A DNA stretch of 32,000 nucleotides from Nostoc sp. PCC 7120 = FACHB-418. Its GTDB lineage: Bacteria; Cyanobacteriota; Cyanobacteriia; Cyanobacteriales; Nostocaceae. Location: contig NC_003272.1 in NCBI RefSeq assembly GCF_000009705.1, positions 2,400,001 to 2,432,000 of the forward strand. The letters run 5' to 3'. Every line of letters starts with the position of its first letter. The first letter of the stretch is position 1. Position numbers and translations under genes: made by a program. The notes below the pieces were generated by a model, which was not told the DNA's origin, ran no database searches, and was given only the letters and a program-made list of their open reading frames with translations. Shown in pieces: positions 9,116 to 19,041 of the stretch.

Positions 9116-9568
9116 ATGCACATTCAATTTCGTGAATTTGATCAATTTGATGTGTGGATGTGGCTAAAATTTAGTACCATCCCTTCTCAAAGAGAAAAGC
9201 AGTATGTAGAAGAAGTCTTTAATTCCTGGTTTTATCTAGGGAAGTTGGGTGCATTTAATGCCGAAAATCTCCAGGTACAAGAAACTGGGGTTGATTTAAG
9301 TTATCTTAATTATGACTCACGAGGTTATGACAAAAGCCTATTAGCGCTGATGCACAACATGGGTGAGTTTGAGTATGAAGGACAATGGGCGCGATGTTGG
9401 TTTGATTTAGGAACTAGTGATGCGATCGCTATTGATCTTCTGATCAATGCTCTTACTCAACTCAGTGAAGAATACGTCACTATTGAAGCATTCTACGTCG
9501 GCGGCGAGAATGAAAATTGGCCGGTCGAAGATAGTGACAGTCGCCCTCACTCTATTTACGATAATTAA
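9116..9568 (+). CDS. Conserved cyanobacterial hypothetical protein (possibly the DUF3531 family, from memory only)
   Basis: 150-aa ORF, MHIQFREFDQFDVWMWLKF...SWFYLGKLGAFNAENLQV. It lies 7 nt upstream of the NUDIX gene on the same strand. Confidence 0.6.
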   Translation: MHIQFREFDQFDVWMWLKFSTIPSQREKQYVEEVFNSWFYLGKLGAFNAENLQVQETGVDLSYLNYDSRGYDKSLLALMHNMGEFEYEGQWARCWFDLGTSDAIAIDLLINALTQLSEEYVTIEAFYVGGENENWPVEDSDSRPHSIYDN

Positions 9569-9575
9569 TCTAAAA

Positions 9576-10007
9576 ATGACTAAACACGGCGAAATTCGGG
9601 TAATAGTCTTAGGATTGGTTCGAGATGGTAACCGCATTTTTGTTTCTGAAGGCTACGACCCCGTAAAGCAATCAACTTTTTATCGTGCTTTAGGTGGTGG
9701 TGTAGACTTCGGCGAAACCAGTCTAGCAGCGTTGAAACGGGAATTCCAAGAAGAAATTCAAGCAGAATTAATAAATATTCGCTATCTAGGTTGTATGGAA
9801 AACCTATTTACATTTAATGCTAGAAAGGGACATGAAATTATACAGCTTTATCAATGTGATTTCGCTGATCCCAAGTTTCATCAGTTGGAGAGTTTAGTAT
9901 TTTATGAATCTGAGCATCACAAACATAGAGCAATGTGGATAGATATTGACCGCTTTAAATCTGGTGAACTTAGATTAGTACCAGAGGAATTTTTTAAATA
10001 TTTATAA
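9576..10007 (+). CDS. NUDIX hydrolase
   Basis: Nudix box GGGVDFGETSLAALKREFQEEIQAE (Gx5Ex7REUxEE). I prefer the ATG at 9576 (MTKHGEIRVIVLGLV). The upstream part of track ORF 9447..10007 overlaps the preceding CDS. Confidence 0.85.
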   Translation: MTKHGEIRVIVLGLVRDGNRIFVSEGYDPVKQSTFYRALGGGVDFGETSLAALKREFQEEIQAELINIRYLGCMENLFTFNARKGHEIIQLYQCDFADPKFHQLESLVFYESEHHKHRAMWIDIDRFKSGELRLVPEEFFKYL

Positions 10008-10217
10008 AACTTTCATTTCCTAAGTGACAGTATTTAAAAGAGAAATAGAGTCACAATTTCAACCCTAAATACGTAAAGATTACACAAAGTTATAAATAGG
10101 GGTTCTTCCGTATTACTGTTAGTAAAGTATCTAGCAAGTTACGCATTTTTACGATTGTGCTAGTGTTTCATACCCACATAGTATTTAGCACATCGTTTTA
10201 CTACTACTGCACTAATT

Positions 10218-10511
10218 GTGAAATCTATTCTACAAACTTACCTAGAGAAAGAAATCTGGATACTGATACGAGATAAATGGTATTACGCAACCATTATTGG
10301 GATTTGGGATGATCTGTTGTGCTTTAAACATAGAACTCACAACAAAGACACGGAGGAAGATACTTTGTGGGAAATGATTGTCAAAGTCAGCGAAGTAGTT
10401 GCTATTGATAAAGTTGTCTCAGTTGTCAGTAGAAAACCTGATGTGTTTATGTCACGACTTCTAGAAACCGACAGACATACTAATAATCATCAGGAACATG
10501 AAAATTCTTAA
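10218..10511 (+). CDS. Hypothetical protein (97 aa, GTG start in the track)
   Basis: Only an ORF of moderate length with a non-ATG start and no recognisable motif. Confidence 0.3.
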   Translation: MKSILQTYLEKEIWILIRDKWYYATIIGIWDDLLCFKHRTHNKDTEEDTLWEMIVKVSEVVAIDKVVSVVSRKPDVFMSRLLETDRHTNNHQEHENS

Positions 10512-10684
10512 GTTATGGCGAAGCCTTAAGTAATCAATATCACACCACTTGCTTTCTTACTCTGGACAATTGAGATTTTCCTCACCTATATGACTATTGC
10601 TTTAGCTGAGACGATTTAAATGTTTAGTTCTGAGTATCTTACACAGCAGAGTACTATCATGTATTCTTCCTGTAGATAGAGAAA

Positions 10685-10715
10685 AGCACCGTGATGTCTC
10701 ACAGTGCTTTTTTTT
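10685..10715. terminator. Bidirectional rho-independent terminator between convergent genes
   Basis: Stem AGCACCGTGA (10685-10694) / TCACAGTGCT (10699-10708), 9 of 10 bp, with a 4-nt loop. It is followed by T8 on the + strand and by TTTTCTCT on the - strand. Confidence 0.7.
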
Positions 10716-10858
10716 GAATCCTTTCAGGTTCTTAAATCTAACGTGGAGAACAGCCACCGCTTTCCTGATGATGGTTTTCTCAGGCAATGTCTACTTGTAT
10801 CTCAAAAATTAAGTAGGAACCCTATCTATCAACATATCCAGGGACTGCTTATATGTCC

Positions 10859-11287
10859 TCAAGCAGATGCAAGCAGTTGTGACACTTCTGCGTGTGCTAG
10901 AACCACGCTAGGTTCACCTTGCAGTGCAGTGTAGTATTTTCTAGCAAATGTATTTCCCTCTTCTGATGGCGAGAGTAAAGTACGGATATCGACAATCAAG
11001 TTTTTGACGTTATCTGGCGATATGGGTTCATCTGCTGTGAGGATTTCATCAATTTGCACAATCACCTCGGAAATACTATGTAACCAAGCAAATTGCTCAT
11101 GGTTAATTACAAGTTGCAAAAATTCTCCACTTGATATTCTGCCACTCACTTGTTCATAGGTAATGCGTTCTTTGTCTAGCAAAACCTTGTGCAGCTTGAG
11201 TAATTTGTTTCGTAAATTCTTAAGGTGCTGATGTTGATTTATACGTTGTAAAAGCGTGTTAGAAGTCAATGGAATCGATCCTCCCAT
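10859..11287 (-). CDS. Hypothetical protein (142 aa)
   Basis: Clean ATG-initiated ORF (MGGSIPLTSNTLLQRINQHQ...), predicted helical, with no motif I recognise. It is transcribed divergently from the PadR gene. Confidence 0.5.
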   Translation of the reverse strand: MGGSIPLTSNTLLQRINQHQHLKNLRNKLLKLHKVLLDKERITYEQVSGRISSGEFLQLVINHEQFAWLHSISEVIVQIDEILTADEPISPDNVKNLIVDIRTLLSPSEEGNTFARKYYTALQGEPSVVLAHAEVSQLLASA

Positions 11288-11601
11288 TACGATATTCTTT
11301 AATAGCTGAAATTTCTCTTCAGGTTGGCATCACAAACGCTTCTCATCAAACTACTTTGGTCAATGCCATATCAGGAATCAGTCATCCATTCAATTATGCT
11401 TTGTGTATGATGGATTTGTGGTCTGTAAGTTCCGAAAATATAGCGCAGACTCTTTGTCTGCCATCAACAAAGTAAATATTATTGTTGAGAATGCTTTCGT
11501 TTTGGCATTTGTTTTTTATATATGAATATTCATATATTAGCATAATCAATATAGGAGCTATCAAAGGCAGTATTTACTACTTTATTTTCGGAAAACCGTC
11601 T

Positions 11602-12141
11602 ATGTCCTTAGCATATATAATTCTCGGTTTCCTACAAAAAGAAGATATGACAGGTTACGACCTCAAGACAAATTGTTTCGATCAATGTATTGCTCACTTA
11701 TGGCCAGCCGATCAAGGACAGATTTATAAGACGCTCGATAAGCTTTTTGAGCAGGGTTGGATTAATTGCCATGTTGAGATTCAGCACGATCGCCCCAACC
11801 GTAAAGTCTATAGTCTCACAGAAATGGGCAAAACCGAGTTTGTACGGTGGCTGCAATCCCCCCAGCCCTTGCCTATAGTCAGAGAACCTTTACTTGTACA
11901 ATTATTTTTTGCAGCTCAGTTATCGAATGAGGCGATCGCTAGTCTACTACAACAGCAGCTAGCAGCTCACTATGAAAAAATCAGCAATTGTGAAGCCATC
12001 AACTTTCCACCGGTTGAAGATGAAGTGGAGATTCGTGAGCAATTAATACATAGGCTAATGGTGGAATTAATCGTGCGTCGTGAGGAAACTTATATTGACT
12101 GGTTAAAGTCAGCTATCAAAACACTAACAGTTGATAATTAA
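11602..12141 (+). CDS. PadR-family transcriptional regulator
   Basis: From the ATG at 11602: MSLAYIILGFLQKEDMTGYDLKT...WPADQGQIYKTLDKLFEQGWI...RKVYSLTEMGKTEF. This is the typical PadR winged-helix signature plus a C-terminal helical domain. The upstream 40 codons of the track ORF look non-coding. Confidence 0.85.
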   Translation: MSLAYIILGFLQKEDMTGYDLKTNCFDQCIAHLWPADQGQIYKTLDKLFEQGWINCHVEIQHDRPNRKVYSLTEMGKTEFVRWLQSPQPLPIVREPLLVQLFFAAQLSNEAIASLLQQQLAAHYEKISNCEAINFPPVEDEVEIREQLIHRLMVELIVRREETYIDWLKSAIKTLTVDN

Positions 12142-12481
12142 GATACTTCCTCTAAGTAACTATTATTTTTTATTACATTAAAATTAGTATTTTGAAGTTA
12201 TCTAAAGTTATAATATCAATTATATCAAAATCCTCATTTGAGTTGATAATATTATATCAATTTAATTCTATTAATATATGATTAAAGACTAATATTATTT
12301 CTACCATGCTCAGTGCAGAGTGCAGATTTCTGAACAAAGTAAGAATTACTTGGTACTTTGGTACTACTATGAATACCCCAACCTTGACGATGCTCTCATT
12401 GGTCTTTTCCTTGTTCGCGTAGCATCACGCACACAAAGGTGAGAGTCTTTTAACTCAGCATTCTTCATCAGCATAGGAACT

Positions 12482-12910
12482 ATGAATATAGGATATTTTC
12501 AAAAAATTCCTGTGATGCCACTAGTACTGCTTTGGTTAGCTTATGCCCTTTTGGGGTGGTATCTTGCTGCACATCACATCGTTTGGTTAGTCGGAGCTTT
12601 TATCGCCACTATTGCTATAGCTGTAGTCCGCAAGAGTATTTCTTGGTTAGAAACCATAGTTTCTTTTGGTTCTCGAACTTTAGTAGTAGTTATAGTCTTA
12701 AGTGCATCTATTGCTTTAGTTGCAACTTGGTCAATGTTATTAAGTTTGTTTCTTATTCCTATAGCAACCACTCTTTTAGCTGATTTAGAACTGCGTTTTG
12801 CCGGCTTCAAAAAAATAGATTCGTTTTGGATTTTGACTGTTTTGGCAGGTTGGGGTTTAACTGTCGGGGAAATTGTGGATATTTTACTTCTGCCCAGTGG
12901 CAGATACTAG
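12482..12910 (+). CDS. Hypothetical integral membrane protein (about 4 TM segments)
   Basis: 142 aa dominated by hydrophobic helices (LVLLWLAYALLGWYLAA, VGAFIATIAIAVV, LVVVIVLSASIALVATWSMLLSLFLIPIA, FWILTVLAGWGLTV). Confidence 0.55.
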   Translation: MNIGYFQKIPVMPLVLLWLAYALLGWYLAAHHIVWLVGAFIATIAIAVVRKSISWLETIVSFGSRTLVVVIVLSASIALVATWSMLLSLFLIPIATTLLADLELRFAGFKKIDSFWILTVLAGWGLTVGEIVDILLLPSGRY

Positions 12911-13275
12911 AGTCCAGGAAAGAGGTAGGGGAAGAACTACCTACTTGGATATTTTTTATCTGGAAGTCCCTTAAATACAGCCATCCACAAAAAACAGTTT
13001 TTATTTCAGAAATCCAACACTTGGTATTGTGAAATACCCAGGCTTATATAACGAGGGAAGTAATAAGCTATTTTCACGCTTCGATTTAAATAAAAATACT
13101 TAAACAGTATTTCATTATCAAGAGGAGAAAGCCAAGTTTGTCCGGAAATTTAATCTAATTAGAGAATAAGCTTACGGTAACGGGCATTATCAAATCAATG
13201 GGTACAAAAATTTACTTGATATTTGATAGTGAATCGCATAACCTAAACGTTTAGTTATACTCTTTTAGGGAGTTT

Positions 13276-13653
13276 ATGAACAGAAAACTCATACTTAGTT
13301 TGTTCGCCAGTTCTTCAATTTTTACATCGCTGGTATCTACACTAGGGATAATCAACCCTGCCCAGGCTAACCTGACTCAGCGATTAATACACACTAATGA
13401 TGGTCGTACCTGTATTACTAATCCTCACGGTATGAAGGATTTTGTGTGTATTCGAGATTCAGAAAGAGATCCAAAGGCTGCTCCTGCACCTAAATCGATG
13501 GTAGTCTCATCCAGGCCATCTGATGATACAGTTGCAGAACTTGATTTCACCGATGAAGAAAGCGAAGCCGCAATTAGGATATTTACGTGTGACTGTCCTT
13601 TTTGCATTAATTCTTTGCGACAGTTACGTGGTACTGGCAACTTGGTGTACTAA
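13276..13653 (+). CDS. Hypothetical secreted protein with a C-terminal CDCPFC motif
   Basis: Signal-peptide-like N-terminus MNRKLILSLFASSSIFTSLVSTLGIINPAQA. It has two Cys in the middle and CDCPFC near the C-terminus. It is convergent with the cluster's last gene. Confidence 0.55.
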   Translation: MNRKLILSLFASSSIFTSLVSTLGIINPAQANLTQRLIHTNDGRTCITNPHGMKDFVCIRDSERDPKAAPAPKSMVVSSRPSDDTVAELDFTDEESEAAIRIFTCDCPFCINSLRQLRGTGNLVY

Positions 13654-13760
13654 ATTTTAAAAGTACTAGTTGTGATTTTTTTGTCATAGTCAAAATCCCA
13701 GTCTTGTAACCAAATACACTCAAATTTTCCCATCTTCGCTTCACAAAAACGAATTAACAA

Positions 13761-16619
13761 TCAAGCCATTTGTCGAGCCATCAACTGAGCAAAAATCCCT
13801 TCAGTATTTGCTAACTCTTGAAAAGTTCCCTGTTGTACTACCCGGCCTGCTTGTAATACATAGATGCGGTGAGCGTTGCGAATTGTGCTTAGTCGATGAG
13901 CGATCGCAATTCTGGTAACCTGTAATTTATCTAGACTTTCACTGACTATTGCTTGGGTTCTGTTGTCGAGGGCGCTGGTAGCTTCATCAAATAACAAAAT
14001 TCGGGGCTTTAATGCTAAGGCGCGAGCAATCAGCAATCGCTGTCTTTGTCCTCCAGACAGATTACCACCGCCTTCGCTGACTACCGTGTGCATTTGCATA
14101 GGCATGGCGGTAACATCTTCAGCAAAACCAGACATCCGCGCTGCTTCCCAGGCTTCATCTAGGGTAATCTGTGCGTCACCAGCGATATTCTCAAAAATGG
14201 AAGCTGAATTTAGCTGACCATTTTGTAACACAACACCTAACTGTCGCCTGACTGCATCCACATCTAAGCCGGAAAGGTCTTGACCATCGTAATGGATGCT
14301 GCCGGCTTGGGGTGTTTCAAATCCCAGTAGTAGCCGCAGCAGAGTTGATTTACCGCTTCCAGAACTACCTACTAGAGCAATAAATTCTCCTGGTTCAGCA
14401 GAGATACTGACATTATCCAGGGTTAAGTTGCCATCACGACGATAACAAAAAGTTACATTATCTACAGTAATTTTACCTGCCAGCCTGCCAGGGTCAGATT
14501 TGCTGAGATTCACTTCTGGTATGGTGGTTAAAATTGGCTGTGTGCGTTGCCACTGGGGAAGAATTTGTAAAATTTGGGTAACTGTATTGCTGAGGTTTGT
14601 GGTTCCTCTGGTGAAGTTGCTAAAGGCTGTGTTAAAGGCGAGAAAAGTCCCAAGGGAAAAGGCGATACTTCCGGAAGTTTGAGCTTCTTCTAAGAGCTTG
14701 GTGGTAAACCAGAATAGGACTCCAGAGGTAATGATGGGGATGATTGTATTGAAGATTACAACAAAATCTTCTACCAATTGGGTGCTGAGTTCTAGCTTGA
14801 TTTGTCGAGTGTAGTTTTTACTCCAAGCGGCGAAGGCGCGTTCTTCAGCCCCGGCAATATGCAGTTTAGAAATGCCGTTGATTAACTGTACTGTTTGCCC
14901 GAAAATATTACCCTGTACTTCTAACAGAGGTCGCACTTTTGATAATAGAAGGATACCAGAGATTGTCGTGATAGCGATCGCCACTACGGCACTAGCAACG
15001 GCAATCAGGGCTAATTTATAGTTGTAATAAAATAACTGTCCTAAGTAAAATAACGCAAATATACTAGTAATAAAATTAATCAGCGTTCTACCGCTAAGTT
15101 GACGACGGATAGCACTGACTGAGGAAATTCGTGAGAGTAAATCCCCTGTGGTGTACTCTCGGAAAAAAGAGACTGGCAAATTGAGTAATCTATCCCACAC
15201 ACCAGCTTGAGTAGAAGCATCACCAGAGGTTTCCATTCGCAGCAAGGCAAAACCTTGAGCCAGTTGAAATAAACCTGCACCTAAAGCTGCAACTAATAAC
15301 CCTAAGCCGATTTGTAATAATAAAGAGCGATCGCTATCGGGGATGGCATTATCTATAATTATTGAAGTGGCATAAGGTGTAATCATCCCCAACAGGGTAA
15401 TGAAAATACCAGTAAATAAAATTTGTAGTAAATCCCACCCGTGTCCTCGGAGGGTAAACTTGACTATATCAATAGCCCTGAGTGCTTTATCGGGTAAAGA
15501 GCGATAAAACATATAAGCCACAGGAGCTAATGTTGCAGCTACACCCTCGTTTACTACCACACGGCTATAGTTAACTGGGTCAAAAATTTCATAACGATTT
15601 CCAGCAGGTAACAGCGCCACTGGTTGATTCTCTTTAGTATAGGCGACTAAAGCACCTGCATCTTTCAGCCACCAATTATCCCGCAACAACACCCGGCGCA
15701 TTCGGATACGTGAAGCCCTGACTATCGCTTCTAATGGTTCCTTCACTCGCTGGAGATTTTCCGAACGCAATGGAGGGCTAATCTTGATACCCATAGCCCT
15801 ACCGACTGCACCAGCAGCCACTAATAAAGGAGTACCTTCTAAGAAAAAGTCACCGTCTTGAGAATTGAGGGTTGATGATAGTTCCCCTAAAGCTTCGGCT
15901 GTGACTCGACGATTCAGGCGTTGACGTTCTTGCAACCTTGTCAGTTCTGCTTGTGCTTCTTGCTCATCTAATAAAGTCACACAAGACAAGATTTGAGTAT
16001 GTAATTGAGATAAACCAGCCAGCAGTATATCTGAATTTTCGTATTCGCTAGTAGTATGAGTTGTTAGTTGCACTCCCCCGACTGGGGTTAACCACATTTT
16101 GTCATTCATGGGGAAGGCTACGTCTGTGGCTAAAATCAATTCCTCAAATCCCAGAAAACAAACATTCCCTTCCTGAAGCTGCACCCAGCAAGTTAAACCT
16201 GCGGCTGGTTGGAAATTTTGACCATTATTTAAGGAAAATCGTTCTTGTCCCTCAGTTTTTACCTGAATTTTGGGTGTGGGAATCTGGCACAATACACTAC
16301 TAAGTTCCATTAACCAATTTTCTATCCAAGCATTAGCTTTCGCTCCTAACCCGCGAAAACATTCTGGATGTAACAGCAGTAACTCAACTTCCCCAATAGG
16401 AACCGCGAGAATTTGGCGTTGCTGATAAACCGTGCCGAAAAGTGCCTCACCTTGGCTAATACTACATAAATAACGACGAGTTCCATCAATCACGCCATCT
16501 TTCACTGTGACTGCAAACAAAGCCATAGAACCAGATTGAACCACCCAAACCCGCGACGGGTCATTGAGTAAAATTGGTTCATTGCCATTAATTATGTAAG
16601 TTTGCCCCTGTAGTTTCAT
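13761..16619 (-). CDS. Bacteriocin-export ABC transporter (permease + ATPase) with an N-terminal cNMP-binding-like domain and a Cys-less C39-like segment; NHLP/Nif11 export subunit 2 type
   Basis: 952 aa. Walker A GSSGSGKST, signature LSGGQRQR, Walker B LLFDEATSALD, and a 6-TM exporter core. N-terminus VWVVQSGSMALFAV...GEALFG is beta-barrel-like. The architecture matches what I recall for TIGR03797-type proteins (needs an HMM check). Confidence 0.9.
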   Translation of the reverse strand: MKLQGQTYIINGNEPILLNDPSRVWVVQSGSMALFAVTVKDGVIDGTRRYLCSISQGEALFGTVYQQRQILAVPIGEVELLLLHPECFRGLGAKANAWIENWLMELSSVLCQIPTPKIQVKTEGQERFSLNNGQNFQPAAGLTCWVQLQEGNVCFLGFEELILATDVAFPMNDKMWLTPVGGVQLTTHTTSEYENSDILLAGLSQLHTQILSCVTLLDEQEAQAELTRLQERQRLNRRVTAEALGELSSTLNSQDGDFFLEGTPLLVAAGAVGRAMGIKISPPLRSENLQRVKEPLEAIVRASRIRMRRVLLRDNWWLKDAGALVAYTKENQPVALLPAGNRYEIFDPVNYSRVVVNEGVAATLAPVAYMFYRSLPDKALRAIDIVKFTLRGHGWDLLQILFTGIFITLLGMITPYATSIIIDNAIPDSDRSLLLQIGLGLLVAALGAGLFQLAQGFALLRMETSGDASTQAGVWDRLLNLPVSFFREYTTGDLLSRISSVSAIRRQLSGRTLINFITSIFALFYLGQLFYYNYKLALIAVASAVVAIAITTISGILLLSKVRPLLEVQGNIFGQTVQLINGISKLHIAGAEERAFAAWSKNYTRQIKLELSTQLVEDFVVIFNTIIPIITSGVLFWFTTKLLEEAQTSGSIAFSLGTFLAFNTAFSNFTRGTTNLSNTVTQILQILPQWQRTQPILTTIPEVNLSKSDPGRLAGKITVDNVTFCYRRDGNLTLDNVSISAEPGEFIALVGSSGSGKSTLLRLLLGFETPQAGSIHYDGQDLSGLDVDAVRRQLGVVLQNGQLNSASIFENIAGDAQITLDEAWEAARMSGFAEDVTAMPMQMHTVVSEGGGNLSGGQRQRLLIARALALKPRILLFDEATSALDNRTQAIVSESLDKLQVTRIAIAHRLSTIRNAHRIYVLQAGRVVQQGTFQELANTEGIFAQLMARQMA

Positions 16620-16699
16620 TTTGGCTATTTAGATTAGGTGATTGTTGTTGGTTGCTATAGCAATTCCTAAACAAGTGAGGTACGGAGTTATTTTTTTAA

Positions 16700-16740
16700 C
16701 GCAAAGGGGCGCGAAGGAAAGCGCAAAGGGGCGCGGAGGA
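16700..16740. repeat. Tandem 19-nt GC-rich direct repeat
   Basis: CGCAAAGGGGCGCGAAGGA (16700-16718) and CGCAAAGGGGCGCGGAGGA (16722-16740), 18/19 identical with period 22. It is preceded by TTAACG, like the 8851 element. Confidence 0.85.
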
Positions 16741-16784
16741 TTTTTACTTAGTACCTTAGTGGATTGGGAAATAGGGAAATAAAT

Positions 16785-16816
16785 TTTTGAATTTTGAATT
16801 TTGAATTTTGAATTGA
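16785..16816. repeat. Heptamer tandem repeat, about 4.5 units of TTTTGAA
   Basis: ttttgaa ttttgaa ttttgaa ttttgaa ttga read directly. It ends 2 nt before the stop codon of the C39-ABC gene. Confidence 0.9.
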
Positions 16817-16818
16817 TT

Positions 16819-19041
16819 TCATCCTTCCGTCCGAATCAAACGCGAATATGCACCCTCAACTTGCCAAAGTTCTTGGTGCGTACCTTGTTGTACTACTTTC
16901 CCCCGTTCCAGGACAATGATTTGGTCACAGTCGCGGATAGTGCTTAATCGGTGCGCCACGATAATACAGGTACATCCCCGACGGCGGAGATTTTGGTCAA
17001 TGATTTTTTCTGTTTCTGCGTCTAAGGCGCTGGTGGCTTCATCCATAACTAGGATAGAGGGATTATTTACCAACGCACGGGCAATTTCTAACCGTTGTCG
17101 TTGACCACCACTGAGATTAGCAGCACCTTCGATGAGTTCGGCATCATAACCTCCAGACATAGAGAAAATTACATCAGCGATCGCAGCATCTTGGCAAGCC
17201 CTCATGAGGTTTTTATCTGGTACAGTAGTATCCCAAAGGGTTAAATTGTCCCTCACCGTACCGCCAAACAGCAAAATTTCCTGCTCGACCATCGCCACAG
17301 AGTTAGTCAGTAGTTGGAGGGAAATCTCCTCTCTCGGTTGACTATCAAAGTAGATTTCCCCAGTCCAAGGTTGATACAGTCCGCTTACAAGTTTGGCAAT
17401 GGTAGACTTACCAGAACCGCTTCCCCCCACTAACGCCACACGCTGTCCTGGTTTAATTGACAGATTAAAGTTTTCAATTAAAGGCGCTTCCAAGCGGCTA
17501 TAACCAAAAGTGATATTTTTTAACTCCACATATCCTTGCAATTTAGGAAGCGCCTGGAGTGATGAAGACGATGTTTTACCCCCTACTTCCCCCACGGGGT
17601 TATCCAACACATCATCAAGACGAATCAAGTTTCCCTCTAATTCCTGGAGAGTCGTACCAAAGTTGACGAGATTGTTGACGGGTTGCTGAAAACCAGACAT
17701 TAAACCTTGAAAGGCGATGAGCATACCGATACTTAGATGTCCATCCATCACGCGGAAACCACCGACTATCAAGAGCAACATGGCGGAGAGAGCCGATAGC
17801 AGTGTGGGTAAAACTGAGAATGTCTGGTTTGTAATTCCTAGTTCCTGTTGGGAATTGAGCGCCTTGGTGTAATAACCAGACCATCGAGAAAAGAAATCAG
17901 ACTCTAACCCTGATGCTTTGAGTGTTTCTATACTTTGTAATGTAGCGATAGATATACCCGCCGCCTTCCCATATTCTTGAATTAATCGTTGATTAGCATC
18001 TATCCGTTGACGAGAAATCCATTGCAAAGTTAAGACGTTCACGGCGGCAAAACTGACCACCATCAAGGTAAGTACCCAGTCATACTGCACCATCACCAAA
18101 GCATAAAAAAGCACCATCAATGTGTCAATGATGGTTGTTGCTAACTGTCCAGCCAGAACATCGGCTACTTGGTCATTTAGGGTAGTGCGATTACTGATTT
18201 CCCCAGCAAATCTTTGAGCATAAAAGCTCACTGGTAGGCGGAGAATATGCCAGAGGAAACGGCTAGACATACCCACAGCTAGTCTAATTTTGAGTCGGCG
18301 TAGGTAGCGTAGTCGTAGTAATGTGAGTGATCCTTGCAGTATAGCAGCGATCGCCATTGCCAAAAGTAGAGGGTGCAGCCATAACATTCGTCCCTGCACC
18401 AAGATATCATCGACAAATATTTGACTAAATACGGGGATTACCAACCCAATAATCGTCAAGAAAAATCCTGCCACGATGCAGTAAACTAAAGCACTCTCAG
18501 CCCCCTGTAACCGTGACCACAAAGATGCAATCATGCTGGGTTTGCGACCACCTTTTTGGAACTCTGCGCCTGGTTCCATCACCAGTACTATTCCGGTATA
18601 TCCCTCGTCAAATTCTTGTAACGATACATGACGCGGCCCCGTAGCGGGGTCATTGATATAAACCTGATGTTTACCAAATCCCTCTACCACAACAAAATGG
18701 TTAAAGTTCCAAAAGACAATATAAGGAGGGCGTAATTGTTGTACTTGCTTCAGTTCTTTTTTAAAACCTTTAGCTTCTAGTCCATAAGTTCTGGCAGCTT
18801 TCACCATATTAGATGCCTTGCTGCCATCGCGGGAAACTCCGCAGTCTCGCCGCAGTTGTGGCAATGGTACAACTCGACCGTAGTAACCAAGAATAATTCC
18901 CAAAGCAGCCGCACCACATTCTACCGCTTCCATTTGTAGCAGCGTGGGCGTTTTCACTCGCAGCCTTCTAGGTGGTAGTATTTTTTTTACATACTGCCAA
19001 GGATTAACCAGTGTTACTACGGTAGATTTAGTAGATACCAC
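16819..19041 (-). CDS. Peptidase-C39-domain ABC transporter (double-glycine leader cleavage and export); NHLP/Nif11 export subunit 1 type
   Basis: 740 aa. C39 residues are in context: LLQMEAVECGAAALG (Gln/Cys), NFNHFVVV (His), INDPA (Asp). Walker A GGSGSGKST, LSGGQRQR, ILVMDEATSALD. The GTG start at 19041 overlaps the HlyD stop by 14 nt; the next Met would delete the catalytic Cys. Confidence 0.92.
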   Translation of the reverse strand: MVSTKSTVVTLVNPWQYVKKILPPRRLRVKTPTLLQMEAVECGAAALGIILGYYGRVVPLPQLRRDCGVSRDGSKASNMVKAARTYGLEAKGFKKELKQVQQLRPPYIVFWNFNHFVVVEGFGKHQVYINDPATGPRHVSLQEFDEGYTGIVLVMEPGAEFQKGGRKPSMIASLWSRLQGAESALVYCIVAGFFLTIIGLVIPVFSQIFVDDILVQGRMLWLHPLLLAMAIAAILQGSLTLLRLRYLRRLKIRLAVGMSSRFLWHILRLPVSFYAQRFAGEISNRTTLNDQVADVLAGQLATTIIDTLMVLFYALVMVQYDWVLTLMVVSFAAVNVLTLQWISRQRIDANQRLIQEYGKAAGISIATLQSIETLKASGLESDFFSRWSGYYTKALNSQQELGITNQTFSVLPTLLSALSAMLLLIVGGFRVMDGHLSIGMLIAFQGLMSGFQQPVNNLVNFGTTLQELEGNLIRLDDVLDNPVGEVGGKTSSSSLQALPKLQGYVELKNITFGYSRLEAPLIENFNLSIKPGQRVALVGGSGSGKSTIAKLVSGLYQPWTGEIYFDSQPREEISLQLLTNSVAMVEQEILLFGGTVRDNLTLWDTTVPDKNLMRACQDAAIADVIFSMSGGYDAELIEGAANLSGGQRQRLEIARALVNNPSILVMDEATSALDAETEKIIDQNLRRRGCTCIIVAHRLSTIRDCDQIIVLERGKVVQQGTHQELWQVEGAYSRLIRTEG

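Noticed and set aside
9606-9625. tRNA-like GGTTCGAG string
   Set aside because: It lies inside the NUDIX CDS, and no cloverleaf arms or acceptor stem surround it. I recognised no tRNA or rRNA genes in the window.
10602-10934. Two overlapping small ORFs (61 aa minus strand, 76 aa plus strand)
   Set aside because: They span the bidirectional terminator hairpin at 10685-10715 and overlap the 3' end of the 142-aa gene. Neither has a motif.
11269-11475. 68-aa ORF in the divergent promoter region upstream of PadR
   Set aside because: It has no motif and overlaps the start of the 142-aa gene. It is probably non-coding.
12211-12260. Three copies of ATATCAA plus an imperfect inverted TTGATAA downstream of the PadR gene; possible operator
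   Set aside because: The sequence is extremely AT-rich and low-complexity, where such 7-mers recur by chance. It also does not resemble the PadR-type ATGT/ACAT palindromes I know.
12532-12810. Alternative-frame and antisense ORFs inside the 142-aa membrane protein gene; also 12826..13032 and 13425..13640
   Set aside because: They overlap better-supported frames (TM-helix periodicity, signal peptide) and have no features of their own.
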